Positions 1-14,960 of a stretch of DNA of 64,000 nt are shown in pieces. This DNA is from the human T2T-CHM13v2.0 reference genome, Homo sapiens: the NCBI RefSeq assembly GCF_009914755.1, contig NC_060940.1; one strand, written 5' to 3'. Every line of letters starts with the position of its first letter. The stretch's first letter is position 1. The translations under genes and the position numbers were made by a program. Under the pieces are notes generated by a model. The model worked only from the letters and a program-made list of their open reading frames with translations. It did no database searches and was not told the origin of the DNA.

Positions 1-1729
1 ATTTTAAAGGTGTCTTGAAAGCTTAAGCAACCTCTAGTATAAATATTACATAGGTATTTCTTATTAATTTAAACGAGCAAATTTGATAAGATGCAAAATT
101 TCGTGAGCTTTAATTTTTGTCTTCTAGTGACTGACAAAGAGAAAACTAACTAGCCGCTTTGTAATCACGCATTGCTATTGCATTCTTACAAAACTTGATT
201 TAGAAGCAAACAAAGCCTTGAAAATATGTTTACTTAAAAATCATCCATGGCCATTTTTCTTACAAGATTCAACCAGAATCTTGGTCAAAATGTCAAGATT
301 TTTGTTCCTTTCTTTTTATTTTTAAAAAATTATTTATGTCCCTTATTTGACTGGAATCAGTAAAAGGTAGTAGATAGTTGTTAGGAAACACAGCCATGAA
401 AATGAATGCTGAGCAGGCATTTGGCCCCAAAATTCTGTTATATCAGAAAAGTACCTTAAGCCAATGAAATGGCACATGAATCTCTTTCCTTTGCTCACTG
501 ATTCTTACAGCAGAAAGGAATGGCCTATCCACGAATAGTTCCTCTGTCATCTTCAAATGAGATCCTATGTTGGCCAGGAGCATTATCTGTCACCTAGGAA
601 CCTCAGTGTTCAGATCTGGAAAAAAAAAAATTAATTAAGGGTCTTGATATAATACCTGCTGAAATTCTTTGGGACTTAAGCATTTTATAGGTAACGTTTT
701 AATAAACAGGCCAAAACATAGCAAGAAGACCAGGAGGATCAAGATATTATTAAAAATGAAAATGTAAGTAAAGAAACATCATTATTGAGTAGTTGTTAAT
801 CCTGCATGTTTACTAATGATCATTTGCGATTCTCTCTAAATATATCTCAATTTAAATAGGTGCAATTTTCATCCATCACACTAACTACTATGCTACTTTT
901 GAACTCTAGACATTGTCAAAGGATCCGTTTTAACAATGGGAGTTTTGCCAGTGGAAATCCCAATGGGATGAAACCTGTCCTTTAGAAGTAACCAGATAGA
1001 GATGAGAATTGGGGGAAAGAGGCAAGATTGCATGATGATCTGGCCACATATTTCTGGATGACAATGTATCCTGGAGCTAGTAATTTCAAAATGTGAAAGG
1101 AATTCCCCTAAGCTCCATCCTAGAAGACAGCCGCCAATGTTTTCACTGAGAAGCTCAGCAGTCGGGCTCATTGTGTTGTAGGCCCAAGAATGACTGATCC
1201 CTCTGAAAGGGCTTCCGAAATCTTGCCTCCTTTGTCTAATTGGCTGCATCAGTAAATTGCTGGTGGAGAGTTTTAGAGGTTACAGAACAGGAATAGGTTG
1301 CAGTTTTACAGAAAGGCAGGTGTGAGGCGATTAAACACTCACTGTCTCCCAGCACTTTTAATCCCTCTGACCAATTACCTGGAATATAACTTGGAGCAAG
1401 TGACAGAAAATGAGGTTCCTACTGAGCCCACGTGTGTGTTTTAAATACATATGTGTAACATATACTACAGTTGCTTATGAAGAGTAGTTTATTTCTGTTT
1501 TCTTTTTCCTCCTTTTTTTTTTGATTTATTTGAAATGTTTGTGATGACTATACCTAACGTCCTAAAAAGTCTTCTTTCAATAACTTCTTAAGAAAGGTTA
1601 GTAAGAATTCAAACTTGGATGGAAATTTGTACCAGATAAGATGTTTTCAATCCTAATAATTCAATGAGTTTTTAAATAAAAAGTTAATGTGTTTTTATTT
1701 TGTGAATTAATTGCTGAAAAAGATCTAGT

Positions 1730-1752
1730 CTTTCTTCCTTTCTCTTTCTTTC

Positions 1753-1796
<44 letters not shown>

Positions 1797-2100
1797 TCCT
1801 TCTTTCTTTCTTTCCTTCCTTTTTTTTGTCTCACTCTGTCACCCAGGCTACAGTGCAGTGGCACGATCTTGGTTCACTGCACCCTCAACCTCCCAGTTCA
1901 AGCAATTTTCCCACCTCAGCTTCCCAAGTAGCTGGGATTACAGGTGCCTGCCACCACACCTGGCTAATTTTTGTATTTTTAGTTGAGACGAGGTTTCACC
2001 ACATTGGCCAGGCTGGTCTTGAACCCCTGGCCTCAAGTGATCTGCCCACCTCGGCCTCCCAAATTGCTGGGATTACAGGTGTGAGCCACCGCGCCCAACC
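1730..2100 (-). mobile_element. Alu (S/J-type) with (TTTC)n microsatellite tail
   Basis: Antisense Alu body at 1828-2100; the tail has expanded into (TTTC)n at 1730-1827. Confidence 0.9.
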
Positions 2101-3924
2101 TAGTTTTACTTTCTACTTCTCTTTACCTTTAATGCATCTATGAAAGTATACAGACTTTGTCAAAGCATTCATTATAGAAATCCAATTTAACAGGTATTTG
2201 TTGGCCATCTAATATATATTTAGATTGTTTAGGAAGTAAGAGTTATCATATGAAGAACAGGAGGAGTTTAAGACATGGTCTCTGTTCTTGAGGCATCTAT
2301 ACAAGATTAAGGTGACTCTCATGGAAAAGGTAATTAGCAATAAGTACAAAACAGTATGTTATCAATTCCCAAAATGAATAAAATAGATGTCAAATGCTCT
2401 GAGAAGTGAGAGAGGTGTGCAGACTAGATGATTCTGGCAAAGTTTTTAGGGGAAGAGGGACTCAAAGGATGGTTTTTGGGTGGAAAGCATGAGATAAACA
2501 AAAATAAGGATTCCTGTAAGTTCAATAACTTGAAAATTGGAAGCCCCTGCAATTTCCTTTTTGTCAGCAAAGGGAGCAGGTGTTCTTTCAAAGACAAGCT
2601 TGAGAACAAATTAGGCACTATAGCTTTTTCTTCATGGAAAAAAAGCAGTTGGTTCATTTCTCTCATTGGCAGATCTGCCTTGTGTTACAAATCTTGGTAA
2701 AATTTTAGGGTAGGGAAATGTATGATTCAGAGACCTATGCGTTTCCTACAGAATAACTCCTGAAAGGATAGAAAAGAGAAGCTCATTGAAACCCAGTGGT
2801 GGGGTAGGATTCCCTAGAAGATGTCTTATTTGCCCCTTATGCCCAAACTGGAAGCCAAAATAAGAACGAGTGGGCCCACTGAAATAAATGGGACCCAGCT
2901 AAAGACATACCGGTGGACACAGATGGGAGTTGCACAAGAACTGGGGTATCTGTAACTAATGCACCTTTCCCACTTTCCCTGTCCATGAGATCATGTTATT
3001 CATCTGAAAGAAAGGCCAACGGGAGACAAAAGACTGTCAATAAGTAGAATATTGTGAACCTTTCTGGCTTTTAAAAAGAAACCACAGAGCTAGCTGGATT
3101 GAAGGAGCAAGCCTGAAACCTGGGGGAAAGAGTACAACACATTTTATGAGGACCTTTCCTTTACAAATTAAATGCCCATCTGTAAATACAGGGTTTGAGG
3201 ATGAGAGCTTCCGTTCTGCGATGGAGGGACATCCCAGCTTTGGGCTTCCCGACAGTTCCTCCTTTCTTGAGTTCCTGTTTGGCTTGCTTTTGAAAAGGGC
3301 AGCAGGAGGACTGTGTCATCAATCATTGGGTCAGAAGGCATAGATTGTGGGTTTTCTAAACATGGATCTGAATGGGAGCGATTTATTGGATTTTGGAGTT
3401 ATGTTTGTTTACTTGGTCTTGGCGTGTATATCGAATCTGGTATCCGGAGGACAAGAATAAGAGGAATCAAATATTTCTGAAGGAAATGGCAAACTAGAAT
3501 TGGAATTGTCAAACCAATGCTCTCACTAAACTTTGGATCAAAATAACCTATAACAAATTCAATTATGATTTGGAATCCCCTACCTGAGAGAAGAATGCTC
3601 ATTCTGTTGTACGATTCAGAGGCTGAACAACTGTGTAATAACTCCAACAAATTATTTCCAGTCAAAAATAAAGATTGCAATTTAAATATCACTTATCCGA
3701 CTTCATGTATACCTATAAAATCTTGTTGAGTTTTAGCTAATCAGCACTCCAGAGATGACCTAGAGTTTAAGATCAGTTTAGAAACCAGCAACTTATCAGG
3801 AAATTTGGAGTCTGTGTTTTATTTCTAACTTTAAAAAAAGCCCAAGAATCAACATTAAAAAAAATACAATCCCAATAAAACTTTGAAAGTCATATTTTGT
3901 GCTAAAGTCTATAATTATAGTTTC

Positions 3925-4140
3925 CATTTCCTGAGTGCCAGGTACTGTTGAATGAACTGGACTTGAGCATTATGTCATTTCTTACTCACAGAAATACTTT
4001 GAGGGAGCAGCTGTTATTATCCTCATCCTAAAGATGAAAATGCTGAAATGCTGAGGTAAAGTGAAGTGACCAGGTCTTAGTAAATAACCACAGGGAAGAA
4101 GGACAACCTGGATTTCTCCAACTCTGGATTTGATGGTCAT
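3925..4140 (-). mobile_element. MIR
   Basis: Matches the antisense MIR core (TTATTATCCTCATC..AGATGAAAA..GAGGT). Boundaries approximate. Confidence 0.6.
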
Positions 4141-4665
4141 TGCAATATCTGCCAGTTTCTTGATTCTGGCTTAGGGTTGAAAAAATAATCATTCTAAGGT
4201 CAAGCAGCAAGGAAGATTGATTAAAATTCTAGAGGATACACACAGAGATAAACATAATTTGTGGTAAAATAAAACAAAACACACACAGACACACACACAC
4301 ACACACAAACAACCAAAAAAACCACAAAACGTAACTCTCCAGGAAAGTCTAACTTTTTTCCAAATGCTAGTGAAATGCTGATACCCCCTGTGACATGGTT
4401 ATATAAACAGACCATTGAAATGGTCCATTTTTATCAGTACCATTGCAGAATTTGTCTGAATGAAAATGTGTCCATAATCAATAATAATGATTCCTCTGTG
4501 GTTTGGGAATGACCTGTTCTAGGAAAATGAATTTTCTAGATGGTTCTTATCAGTCCATCTAAATGCCAAACCTAATCACTTCTGATAGAAATATTTCTAA
4601 AGTGTACTTCATATTATTCATGCCTTCCAAAAGAGATTATACTGAGTATTTACTTTGTCTGATGA

Positions 4666-5073
<408 letters not shown>

Positions 5074-5108
5074 CTATGGTTTTACTTCTTATGTTTGCTT
5101 TTTGTTAA

Positions 5109-5621
<513 letters not shown>

Positions 5622-6384
5622 AAGACAAAAACAGTCACAGCGTTCCTTGGTGGGCTCAAAGCAGCTTGCTGTCTTGAACTCTCAGGCGTCACTCATTCTA
5701 GTTTCCTGTGTGCCTCTAGAGCGGGCCTCCGCACGTTCTGATTGGCTGATTTCACCATGCTCCACAGACTTCCACCTAAAATGAGAATAAATAGCCTCTG
5801 TTTCCAGGCTTGAGAGACCTATGGGGATTTTATGAGAATCAGTGATTTTAAATGATTTTTAGTATCTGTCACAACTTACTATTGAAACAGTGTTATGTGG
5901 TGAAAAGAACTCAAACGTATATGCTGCCATTTACAGGCTCCATGACCTCAGCCAAGTCACTCCACTTTTTCAAGCCTTGATATTATCATCTGCCCACCGA
6001 GAATGTGGTGAGGGTTCAATGCTAAAATATACTTCAATTTCAAACCCAATGCCGGCCATGATATTAATAGTATTTACAATTTTTACTGTTTTAGAGGAGA
6101 AAGACTTTTTATTTTCTTTTTGGAAAATGAGATTTTTAAAGAATTTTTTGTTCTATTTTTATTTTTTGACTGATGACAGAAGCAACATATGTCTCATTGT
6201 GGAAAATTTGGAAGTCACAGACTGAAAAAATTACGGTGAAATATTTTCTTTTGACATTTTTCTATACATACCTATATTTTCCCACATAAACGAGATATAC
6301 TATCTAGTCAACTGCATTTCCTAAATTTTCTATAAACTAACTTTCAATACATTTGTGGTCAAATATATAAATCTTTTCCATTGT

Positions 6385-6487
6385 CAATGGTGTCTATAAT
6401 TCTCAAAAAACATTCTCAAAAAAGCCCTGATTTCCAACATTTACCAATTAATGTGGTATAAATACTCCTTTTATGACTGATTTCTGG
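6385..6487 (+). mobile_element. hAT-Blackjack MER63-like fragment (5' half)
   Basis: GCCCTGATTT..ATTTACC..GTGGTATAAATACTCC..ATGACTGATTTC resembles the remembered MER63A consensus. Cut off by the adjacent Alu fragment. Confidence 0.5.
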
Positions 6488-6636
6488 TTGTATTTTTAGT
6501 AGAGACAGGGTTTCACCATGTTGGCCAGGCTGGTCTCTAACTCCTGACCTCAAGTAGTCCACCCACCTCCGTCTCCCAAAGAGCTGGGATTACAGGCATG
6601 AGCCACCACGCCCAGCTTGGGGCCACTTGTTCTTCA
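6488..6636 (-). repeat. Alu left-arm fragment plus flank, a duplicate of 8975-9123
   Basis: About 93% identical by eye to 8975-9123, including the non-Alu flank CTTGGGGCCACTTG(T/C)TCTTCA. Confidence 0.85.
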
Positions 6637-7243
6637 GTTTCAGTTCCATAAACAGGTATTAAAATTTCTGAATAATTATGAAAATCAATATAAGTATAAT
6701 ATTACTGACTGTGAGTACTCTCTATATTCTCTATACATGAGTGCTCTGTATATAAGAGATGAGGTCTTAACTTCATTTTTTTTTCTATTAGCTAATATTA
6801 TTCTAGTACTATGTATGGAACATTTTTTCCTTTCTTTTTCTTTTTTTTTTCTTGGTTTGCTTTTGATATGGTTGCTGCTTTTACTATATATTGCATGCTA
6901 GTATTTATTAGAATCTGTTTTTAGAATATTCTACTTTTTCATATCTCTCTCTGTTCTCCTGCCAATCCCAGACTATCTAAATTATTTTGGCATTATCATC
7001 TACTTAAGCTTGTTGAAGATAGTGGTTATGTATTTTTATCAAAGCACTCGCCTGGGCCAAGAGACATGCTTTCTATATGGTAGATTCTGAGAAAATGTGT
7101 GTTCTTGGTATATTTTACTTCTTGGAAACATTAGTCCTTCAGGGGACCTTGATGTTTTAAGGGATGTACCAAGTACTCATTGAACCCAAATATTTAGTAA
7201 CAATTCTCTAGAATTTGGGCCCTAAAAGTAATATTTGGATATC

Positions 7244-8060
7244 TGTATTCATTATCTAGTGCTGTGCAACAAGCCACCCTAAAACTGAGGTTTGGAATAA
7301 CTAAGATTTCTCGATTTCTCGATTCCCATTACTCTTTTCACTTGCTTGGAGGGTTCCTCTGCTTGTTTCAGCTGGGCTCACTCCTGAGTCTGCATGGAGC
7401 TGGAGGATCAGCTATAATGGTTGGGCTTCTCTCTCCATACTATCTTTCATCCTCGAGGAGGATAGACCTGGCTGTCTTAGGTGGTGACAGAAACATTTCA
7501 AGAAGGCAATACCATAGAGATTGCTTGTCAAGCCTCTGCTTGCAGCATATTTGTTGATGTCTCATTGGCTAAGACACGTCACATGGCCAAGCCCAGTGTT
7601 CTTGTGAGAGGAGATAACACAAGGTGGTAGAATATGGGGGATGTGATTCATTTTGGGAGGGAGGGATGTGATTCATTGTGGGAGGGAGGGATGTGATTCA
7701 TTGTGGGAGGGAGGGATATGATTCATTGGGGGTGGGAGGGATGTGATTCATTGGGGGAGGGAGAGGTGTGATTCACTGGGGGAGGGAGGGATGTGATTCA
7801 TTGGGGAGGGAGGGATGTGATTCCTTGGGGGAGGGAGAGGTGTGATTCTCTGGGGGAGGGAGGGATGTGATTCATTGGGGAGGGAGGGATGTGATTCATT
7901 GGGAGAGGGAAGGATGTGTTTCATTGGGGGAGGGAGGGATGTGATTCATTGGAGGGGGAGGGATGTGATTCACTGGGGGAGGGAAGGATGTGATTCATTG
8001 GGGGAGGGAAGGATGTGATTCATTGGGGGAGGGAAACATTAACATATTCGTCTATAGCAA
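7244..8060 (-). mobile_element. MLT1-family (ERVL-MaLR) solo LTR containing a minisatellite
   Basis: MLT1 motifs TTGCTGTGCAACAAGCCACCCTAAAAC and CATTGGCTAAGACACGTCACATGGCCAAGCCC. Confidence 0.65.
7636..8033. repeat. G-rich minisatellite, 16 copies of 24-25 bp (GGGGGAGGGAGGGATGTGATTCATT)
   Basis: Direct count of tandem units. Confidence 0.95.
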
Positions 8061-8733
8061 TGTTTCTTTCTCTTTTTTTGATCCAATCTGGTCACACAGT
8101 TGGCCTCCACGTAAATGGAATAATAAACAATGGCTTATCTAGAGCATCTAATGATAGAAACAAAAGTGTATTTTTAGGCAGATCATCACTTCTTATATTC
8201 TTGGCACACATGATTTTATGTACATGTGTTATTTATACACCACTCAAGGAGAACTAGAGGCTCCTTGCAATGAAAAGCAGATTCACGGTTAAGTATTAGA
8301 AATGCTCAAAAGCCTTGAAGGCTAAAGCTAATTTTCTTGTTTTAATTGAATATTCAATTTAACCTTGAGCTTCCTAGGAATCAAGGCAAAAAGGGAGAAA
8401 CATGATAGGTTGTGTGCTCTTTATTACTTACTGAGGGAAAGCACACTGCTTTTAGGAGTGATCTTTTTCTTTGCTTTCTTCATAGAGTGGCATAGAGGGC
8501 TGTGTATTCTATAAAGCCTCACTGAGAGTAGAGAAGCATTTTTCATACATCCTGTAGTAAAAACAAAAGGTATAACATCAAAATGAGACTCAGGGGAGAT
8601 GTTTTTGACACCAGATAAACTATGTGATGAAGGAATGCAGATTTCTTGTCATTAATACTACAGATAGAGAACTTTGAACTTTAAATACCAAAGATTATCA
8701 ATGCAACCTTAGACCACAAGGACTAACCTTTGA

Positions 8734-9102
<369 letters not shown>

Positions 9103-9544
9103 CTTGGGGCCACTTGCTCTTCAAACACATCATACACTCCCAACCACCACAGAATGACCCCTCATCAGAATGCCACTCAAGTGCCCCCTCATCAGAATCC
9201 CTCCCTGACCACACAATCAAATTAGTGACTTTCCCAATGTCCCCCATCCATATTTATATAAATATTCATTTACCCTGCTATATTTTCTTAATAGCTGATG
9301 TCACCACTCAGCAATTACAAGATCAACTGAATATTGCACTATTGCAAACAATGCAACATCAATGTTCCACAGTGACCTTTCTCTGATTGGGGACTTAACG
9401 TCAATTTTGTTGGAGCTATGATCAATCATTTTTATGAAGGTATTAGATACATAAAATTTAAGACAATGTGAAAGTGGGTCCAAAGTTCTTTTTCATAGAG
9501 TAGCTACTGCCTGTGCAGATGGGATCTGCTATGAGGATAAGTAC

Positions 9545-9740
9545 AAGCAGTGAAGGCGGTCAGAGAGAGCTGTGTTTCAGTGTCACTTGGATGCCAATCT
9601 TAGCTCTGTCACTCACTACCTCTGTGGCTTTTGGTGACTTCTGGTCTCAATTTTCTCAGAGATGAAATGGGGATAATGATCGTGCCCATTTAGAAGATGG
9701 TTTTGAAGATTCAGTAACTTAACATGTGGAAGGTGCACAC
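9545..9740 (+). mobile_element. MIR
   Basis: CTCTGTCACTCACTACC..CTCAATTTTCTCAGAGATGAAATGGGGATAATG core. Confidence 0.65.
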
Positions 9741-11027
9741 ATTGCAAATTTTTTCTTTCTTGCTGTAATTCTGAAAGAGGCAGGAGTTGACAAAAAAGAG
9801 ATCGAGCTGTTTTTTTCTGAAGGCAATTTATTGGACTACCACAGGGATGTTTATTTTCTTAACTAGAGGTCATGAGACACAAAGGCCACTAATGAGTGAA
9901 ATTGGTGGCTGGGGGAGTCCAGGGCTTTCCTCACTTCTTCCAAGTTCTTCTTAGACTGAAAAAAAAAAAAAAGGAAAACAAACAAAAAACAAAAAAATGG
10001 TTCCCTGTAAATTTTATGACTGCAGTGTCAAAAGTCTTCTATCTAAATTGCAGTAAATATTCTAATGAAGTCTGGAAAGAAAGCCATTTGTAATGGCTCG
10101 GGGCAGAGTATTAAGATAGCCTGTTTCTAGTTAGCTGGTCATTAGAGAGATCTAACATGCATGGGAAATGGTTTCCTGTTCTAAGTGCTTTAAAACCAAG
10201 TTTTAGGAAACCCCGTTTCCTGCCGGCTCATTTGGAGACAACAGTGTGCCAACCGGTCAGACTTTTCAGATGGCCAAGTGGTCACCTTCTCAGCTACAAT
10301 TTAGTTTCGCTGCAGCAGCCTCTACCAGGGAGAGTGGGCTTTGCATCTCAGGGGTCCTGGCAGGGAGTAGATAGCTCCACAGAGCGAGGACATCTGGACG
10401 GGGCACCACTGAAAGCTGTCCTTTGCCTCTGTTGTAAATGCATTGGGATTGAGTGATTCATGGGATGAGTCAAAACCTACAGGAGAATCTTCCAGTCATC
10501 AGCCTAGATACATCTATCTAGAAACAGACTGAGGGGACTGGTGAGAAAATGGTGGATAAACTCCCTGGTTTGGGAGGGACAGGGTAGCTGATGGGAGAGG
10601 AAATTCTTTTGGCTACCTGATGTGCTGTGCATTAAAATGGGATTTTCCAAAACAAGGAAGTCCCAGAGACTTCAATTAGGATGTAGATGAAAGTATTTGC
10701 TAATCAAATCCATTTGTTTTCTTTGGTGTGTGAGGTAAGGACCAATACTGTACTTGGAAGCAGGAAATTGATGGTTCCAGGAAGACTGCACATTTCCTCA
10801 CCTTCGGAAGACACCCCCTCTAAGAGCTGCCCAAATCAAAGAGGAAAATCCTTAGCCCCAAATTTTTGATTGCAGCCTTATTACTGACCTTACTGAGAGG
10901 TCAGTAAAGGGCCCACCTCCAGGCATCCTACTATTATCTGAGAGGGCACAGCCCTCATAAGCACTTTACAGACACTTTCAAAACTAATTGTGAGGGCAAT
11001 GCAATGAGAAAGTACTTTTATTATTCT

Positions 11028-11442
11028 TGATGGTAAATTACATTTGAGGGCCCAATTCTTCACTGCTCACTTCATCCACATTTTTGCCATAGCCTCATTT
11101 TGGGCAGAACTTCCTTTCATATCTCTTGACTTTACTTTAGCTTTTGGCCAGCAACACATAATTAAAAGTACACAGTGCCAGTTCTGAGCCGTGACCTTCA
11201 AAGGCCACATTTCTTCCTGCCTTTTTGCAGCTCTGCTCTCACCTTGAGAAGAACCAGCTAGTCTGCTGGTTCCAGGAGGATGATGAGAAACACATATAGC
11301 AGAGTCACCTCTACTAACCCACAGACTGCAGTGAGAAGCAAAGCCTCCACAGCCAACCCTCAGATGCGTGAGAATAAATAACTGCTGTTTTAAGGCTCTG
11401 AGTTTTGGGGTGGTTTGTTATAGTACAATAGCTAACTGATAC
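11028..11442 (+). mobile_element. MLT1-family LTR inserted into a MIR
   Basis: 3' end GTTTTAAGGCTCTGAGTTTTGGGGTGGTTTGTTATAGTACAATAGCTAACTGATACA; antisense MIR pieces on both sides. Confidence 0.7.
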
Positions 11443-11543
11443 ATCCTCATTTTACAAATAAAGACTTGGAGATCTTAGTAATGGTTTTCCCAAAGCACAG
11501 AACTGTTAGCTGACTGAATCAAGATTCAAACCTAAGCTGAGTA

Positions 11544-12114
<571 letters not shown>

Positions 12115-12753
12115 TCTTTTTTTTTATTTTTTAAATTAAAACCTAGAGACATTCTTAACCATTACGTTAAACTGCCCTTGCAAGTCTTACTGATGAGCTA
12201 GAAATTCCCTGGAAGTTTTTAAGAATTTGACTTTTCTTTCTTTCTTTCTTTTTCAGATAGAGTCCATTGTCATCCTTTTGACTGGGACAAGTAAAGGGCA
12301 GAATTGATTTTTCAGCCGGATTCTTACTCCTTATCAGTTGGAACAGGCAGGATGAGGAACAGAGCCCTAGAGACCTTATCTCATCCACTGTCTTTTGACC
12401 TAACTGCAGAGCTTGTCACCACTCCACATGTCATCTTATTTCTGCCAGGCCTTGGCCTTATTTCCTACCCTTCTTTTCCACCTAAGTTAATTTCTAGTGA
12501 TAGATATTTGCATTTCAACAAGGGAAGCGTGATAGAATTTCAGATAAGTTGCTAGGCAGTTGGGATGAAATGTTTGGTCTGCCTAACACACCTAAAATCT
12601 CAATCCACAGGTACTGTTTGTTAGGCAGGTCCTGGTGGAATGATAAAGATAGCATCACAGATTGACAAAGCTTGGGCTGAGAGGTCAGGACACCTACACA
12701 CCAGGCCCATTTTTGCCACTAACTCCCTGTGTGAACTCAAAAGTCTCCCTGTC

Positions 12754-13136
12754 TGATACAGTCTGGCTCTGTGTCCCTACCCAAATCTCCTGTTGAATTG
12801 TAATCTTCAATGTTGGAGGAAGCTCTTTGTGGGAGGTGATTGGAACATGGGGGTGGACTTCCCCCTTGCTGTTCTCGTGATAGTGAGTGAGTTCCCACGA
12901 GATTTGGTTGTTTAACAGTGTGTAGCACCTACCCCTTCACTTGCTGTCTCCTGCTCCGCCATGTAGGATGTGCCTGCTTCCTCCTCCCCTCCATGATGAT
13001 TGTTAAGTTTCCTGAGGCTGCACCAGCCATGCTTCCTGTGCAGCTTGCAGAACTGTGAGTCAATTAAACCTCCTTTCTTCATGAATTACCCAGTCTCAGG
13101 TAGTTCCTTATAGTAGTGCGACCATGGGCTAATACA
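12754..13136 (+). mobile_element. MST (MSTA-like) MaLR solo LTR within a MIR
   Basis: TG...CA termini, CCCAAATCTC start, CTAATACA end; 5-bp TSD CTGTC/CTATC. Confidence 0.85.
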
Positions 13137-14289
13137 CTATCTCTCTGTGGACCTTAATTTCCCCAGTAGTTACAGGAAGGGTTTTCAAGAAGGCATAATC
13201 TTTTTGATTTCTTCCAACTTTATCATGTTCTCACTCTCTGCCACCAACCACAAGGGCCCAGAAGATCCAGGCAGTCCCACAAATACTGAGCTGGAGTCAA
13301 GTTTCCCCCAGTTTAGATTATTAGACCTGAACCTGTTATTTTCATGATGTACTCTGAACAACCCAAGATTTCATGTCACTGGGTATAGCATAGATGTAAT
13401 TTGGAAAAGAAGAGGTTTCTAGGAAGTACAATAACATTCCCCATTATTTATTTTTTTAAATCTTATTTAAATAAAGATTGTGCATTTAAAGTTGTATTTG
13501 ATTGAACAACGGTCCTTTTTTTTAAATTTTCCCTGACAAAAGCTATGAATTATTAATTTCTGTCATTGTATTCACTGAACAAATGTAATTGCAAGTAAAT
13601 GTCTAAAGTTAATGAAAAAAATTAAGAAAAAAGGATTTCTTTATAAGAATTAATAAAACATTTCCACAAACCTCTTTGAAATCATGATTATGAAGGCTTA
13701 CAACGCTTCTTTGAAGCTGCATACCCAGAGCAAAGAGGCTTGAGCTCTGCTCTTTCTGTGGCATGAAGGATGAAAACATTCTATTACGATTGTGCCAGCT
13801 ATGGAAATCAACACACACAAGGATTCTAACCTTAACCCTCCCATTATGTCCGTTCTGTTGTAACTGTTTTTCATTCTTTCAGAGCCACCTTTCATTTATG
13901 GGAGGTCACAAGAGCTCTCCCTCTTGTACTTTGGCTGCTGTTGTAACCATTTAATATTGTTATATTCACATACCGCAACAAAAAGTGATGCTTTCACTTC
14001 CAAAAGAGAGAAATGAAAGAAAAGAAGTGAAAGAAAGATGAGAAATTAAAAACAAAGGTGTATGGAAACATACAGGGATTGGATCTCTGAATTAAGCTGG
14101 CATTTAGCTTCAAAGCAGAGAACTGAAATAATTTCATGTCTCACCCCTCAAGCATCCTATAAATCCTTACCAACACCTGGATAAAACCAGAACTAATCTT
14201 CCAACTCCATCTAGTTCCCAACTCAGTTGAGGAGCTCACCTTTCCTTCCTCACCCGGTTCCCCACTTCATCTACTCCTATTCTGTTAGT

Positions 14290-14500
14290 ACAGTAGTAAA
14301 AACTGCAAATCCAATACAGGGATACCTGGGTTCTGATTCAAGTTCTGTCCCATTTGTTTTGTGTCCTGGGGCACAGGCAAGTCCCTGCTCCCACTCAGAG
14401 CCCCATGTAAAAGTAGAGACAACAATACTTGCCTTGCCTCCCTCATAGGATAGGTGTGAGTGCTGAGGAAAATTAAACCCATTGTCAATGAGATATAAAT
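14290..14500 (+). mobile_element. MIR
   Basis: Degenerate MIR (CCTGGGTTCTGATTC..CCTCATAGG..GTGCTGAGGAAAATTAAA). Confidence 0.55.
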
Positions 14501-14599
14501 GTAAAAAAAAAATTGTTTTTGTTATTTCAATTACTTTAGTCTCTGAGGAAATCCCAGAAGCCACTCAGCAGTGCAGCACGGTGGTTTCTATATTAAAAT

Positions 14600-14960
14600 G
14601 GAAGCTGGAAGCCAGTTGTCCTTCCTGGGATCAGAGCTACTCCACATTTTCCAGCACCTTCTGCAGGTAAAATGGAGCCATGTGACCGAGTCTGGCCAAT
14701 TATCCATTAAACCTCACATGAAGTTCTCCTGGCTTGTCTCTCTCTTTTTCATTTCCTAGGAGGATGCCGAGTATGTGGTAGAGTACTCCAAGTCTTTGCA
14801 GATTACAAAGTCACCAGTTGTACCAACACTGGGTATTTGAATCACCATGTAGAAATGCACCTTCTGAACATCCAGTAGGTCTATGATATAAGAAACAGAT
14901 AGACCCTTACTGTGTTAAGCCACTGAAATTTGGGGCTGTTTGTTACATCAGCTAGTATAA
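14600..14960 (+). mobile_element. MLT1-family LTR fragment
   Basis: 3' end TGTTAAGCCACTGAAATTTGGGGCTGTTTGTTAC. Confidence 0.6.

Noticed and set aside
7636-8033. Regular 25-bp repeats resembling a CRISPR array
   Set aside because: Head-to-tail with no unique spacers, eukaryotic context, no cas genes.
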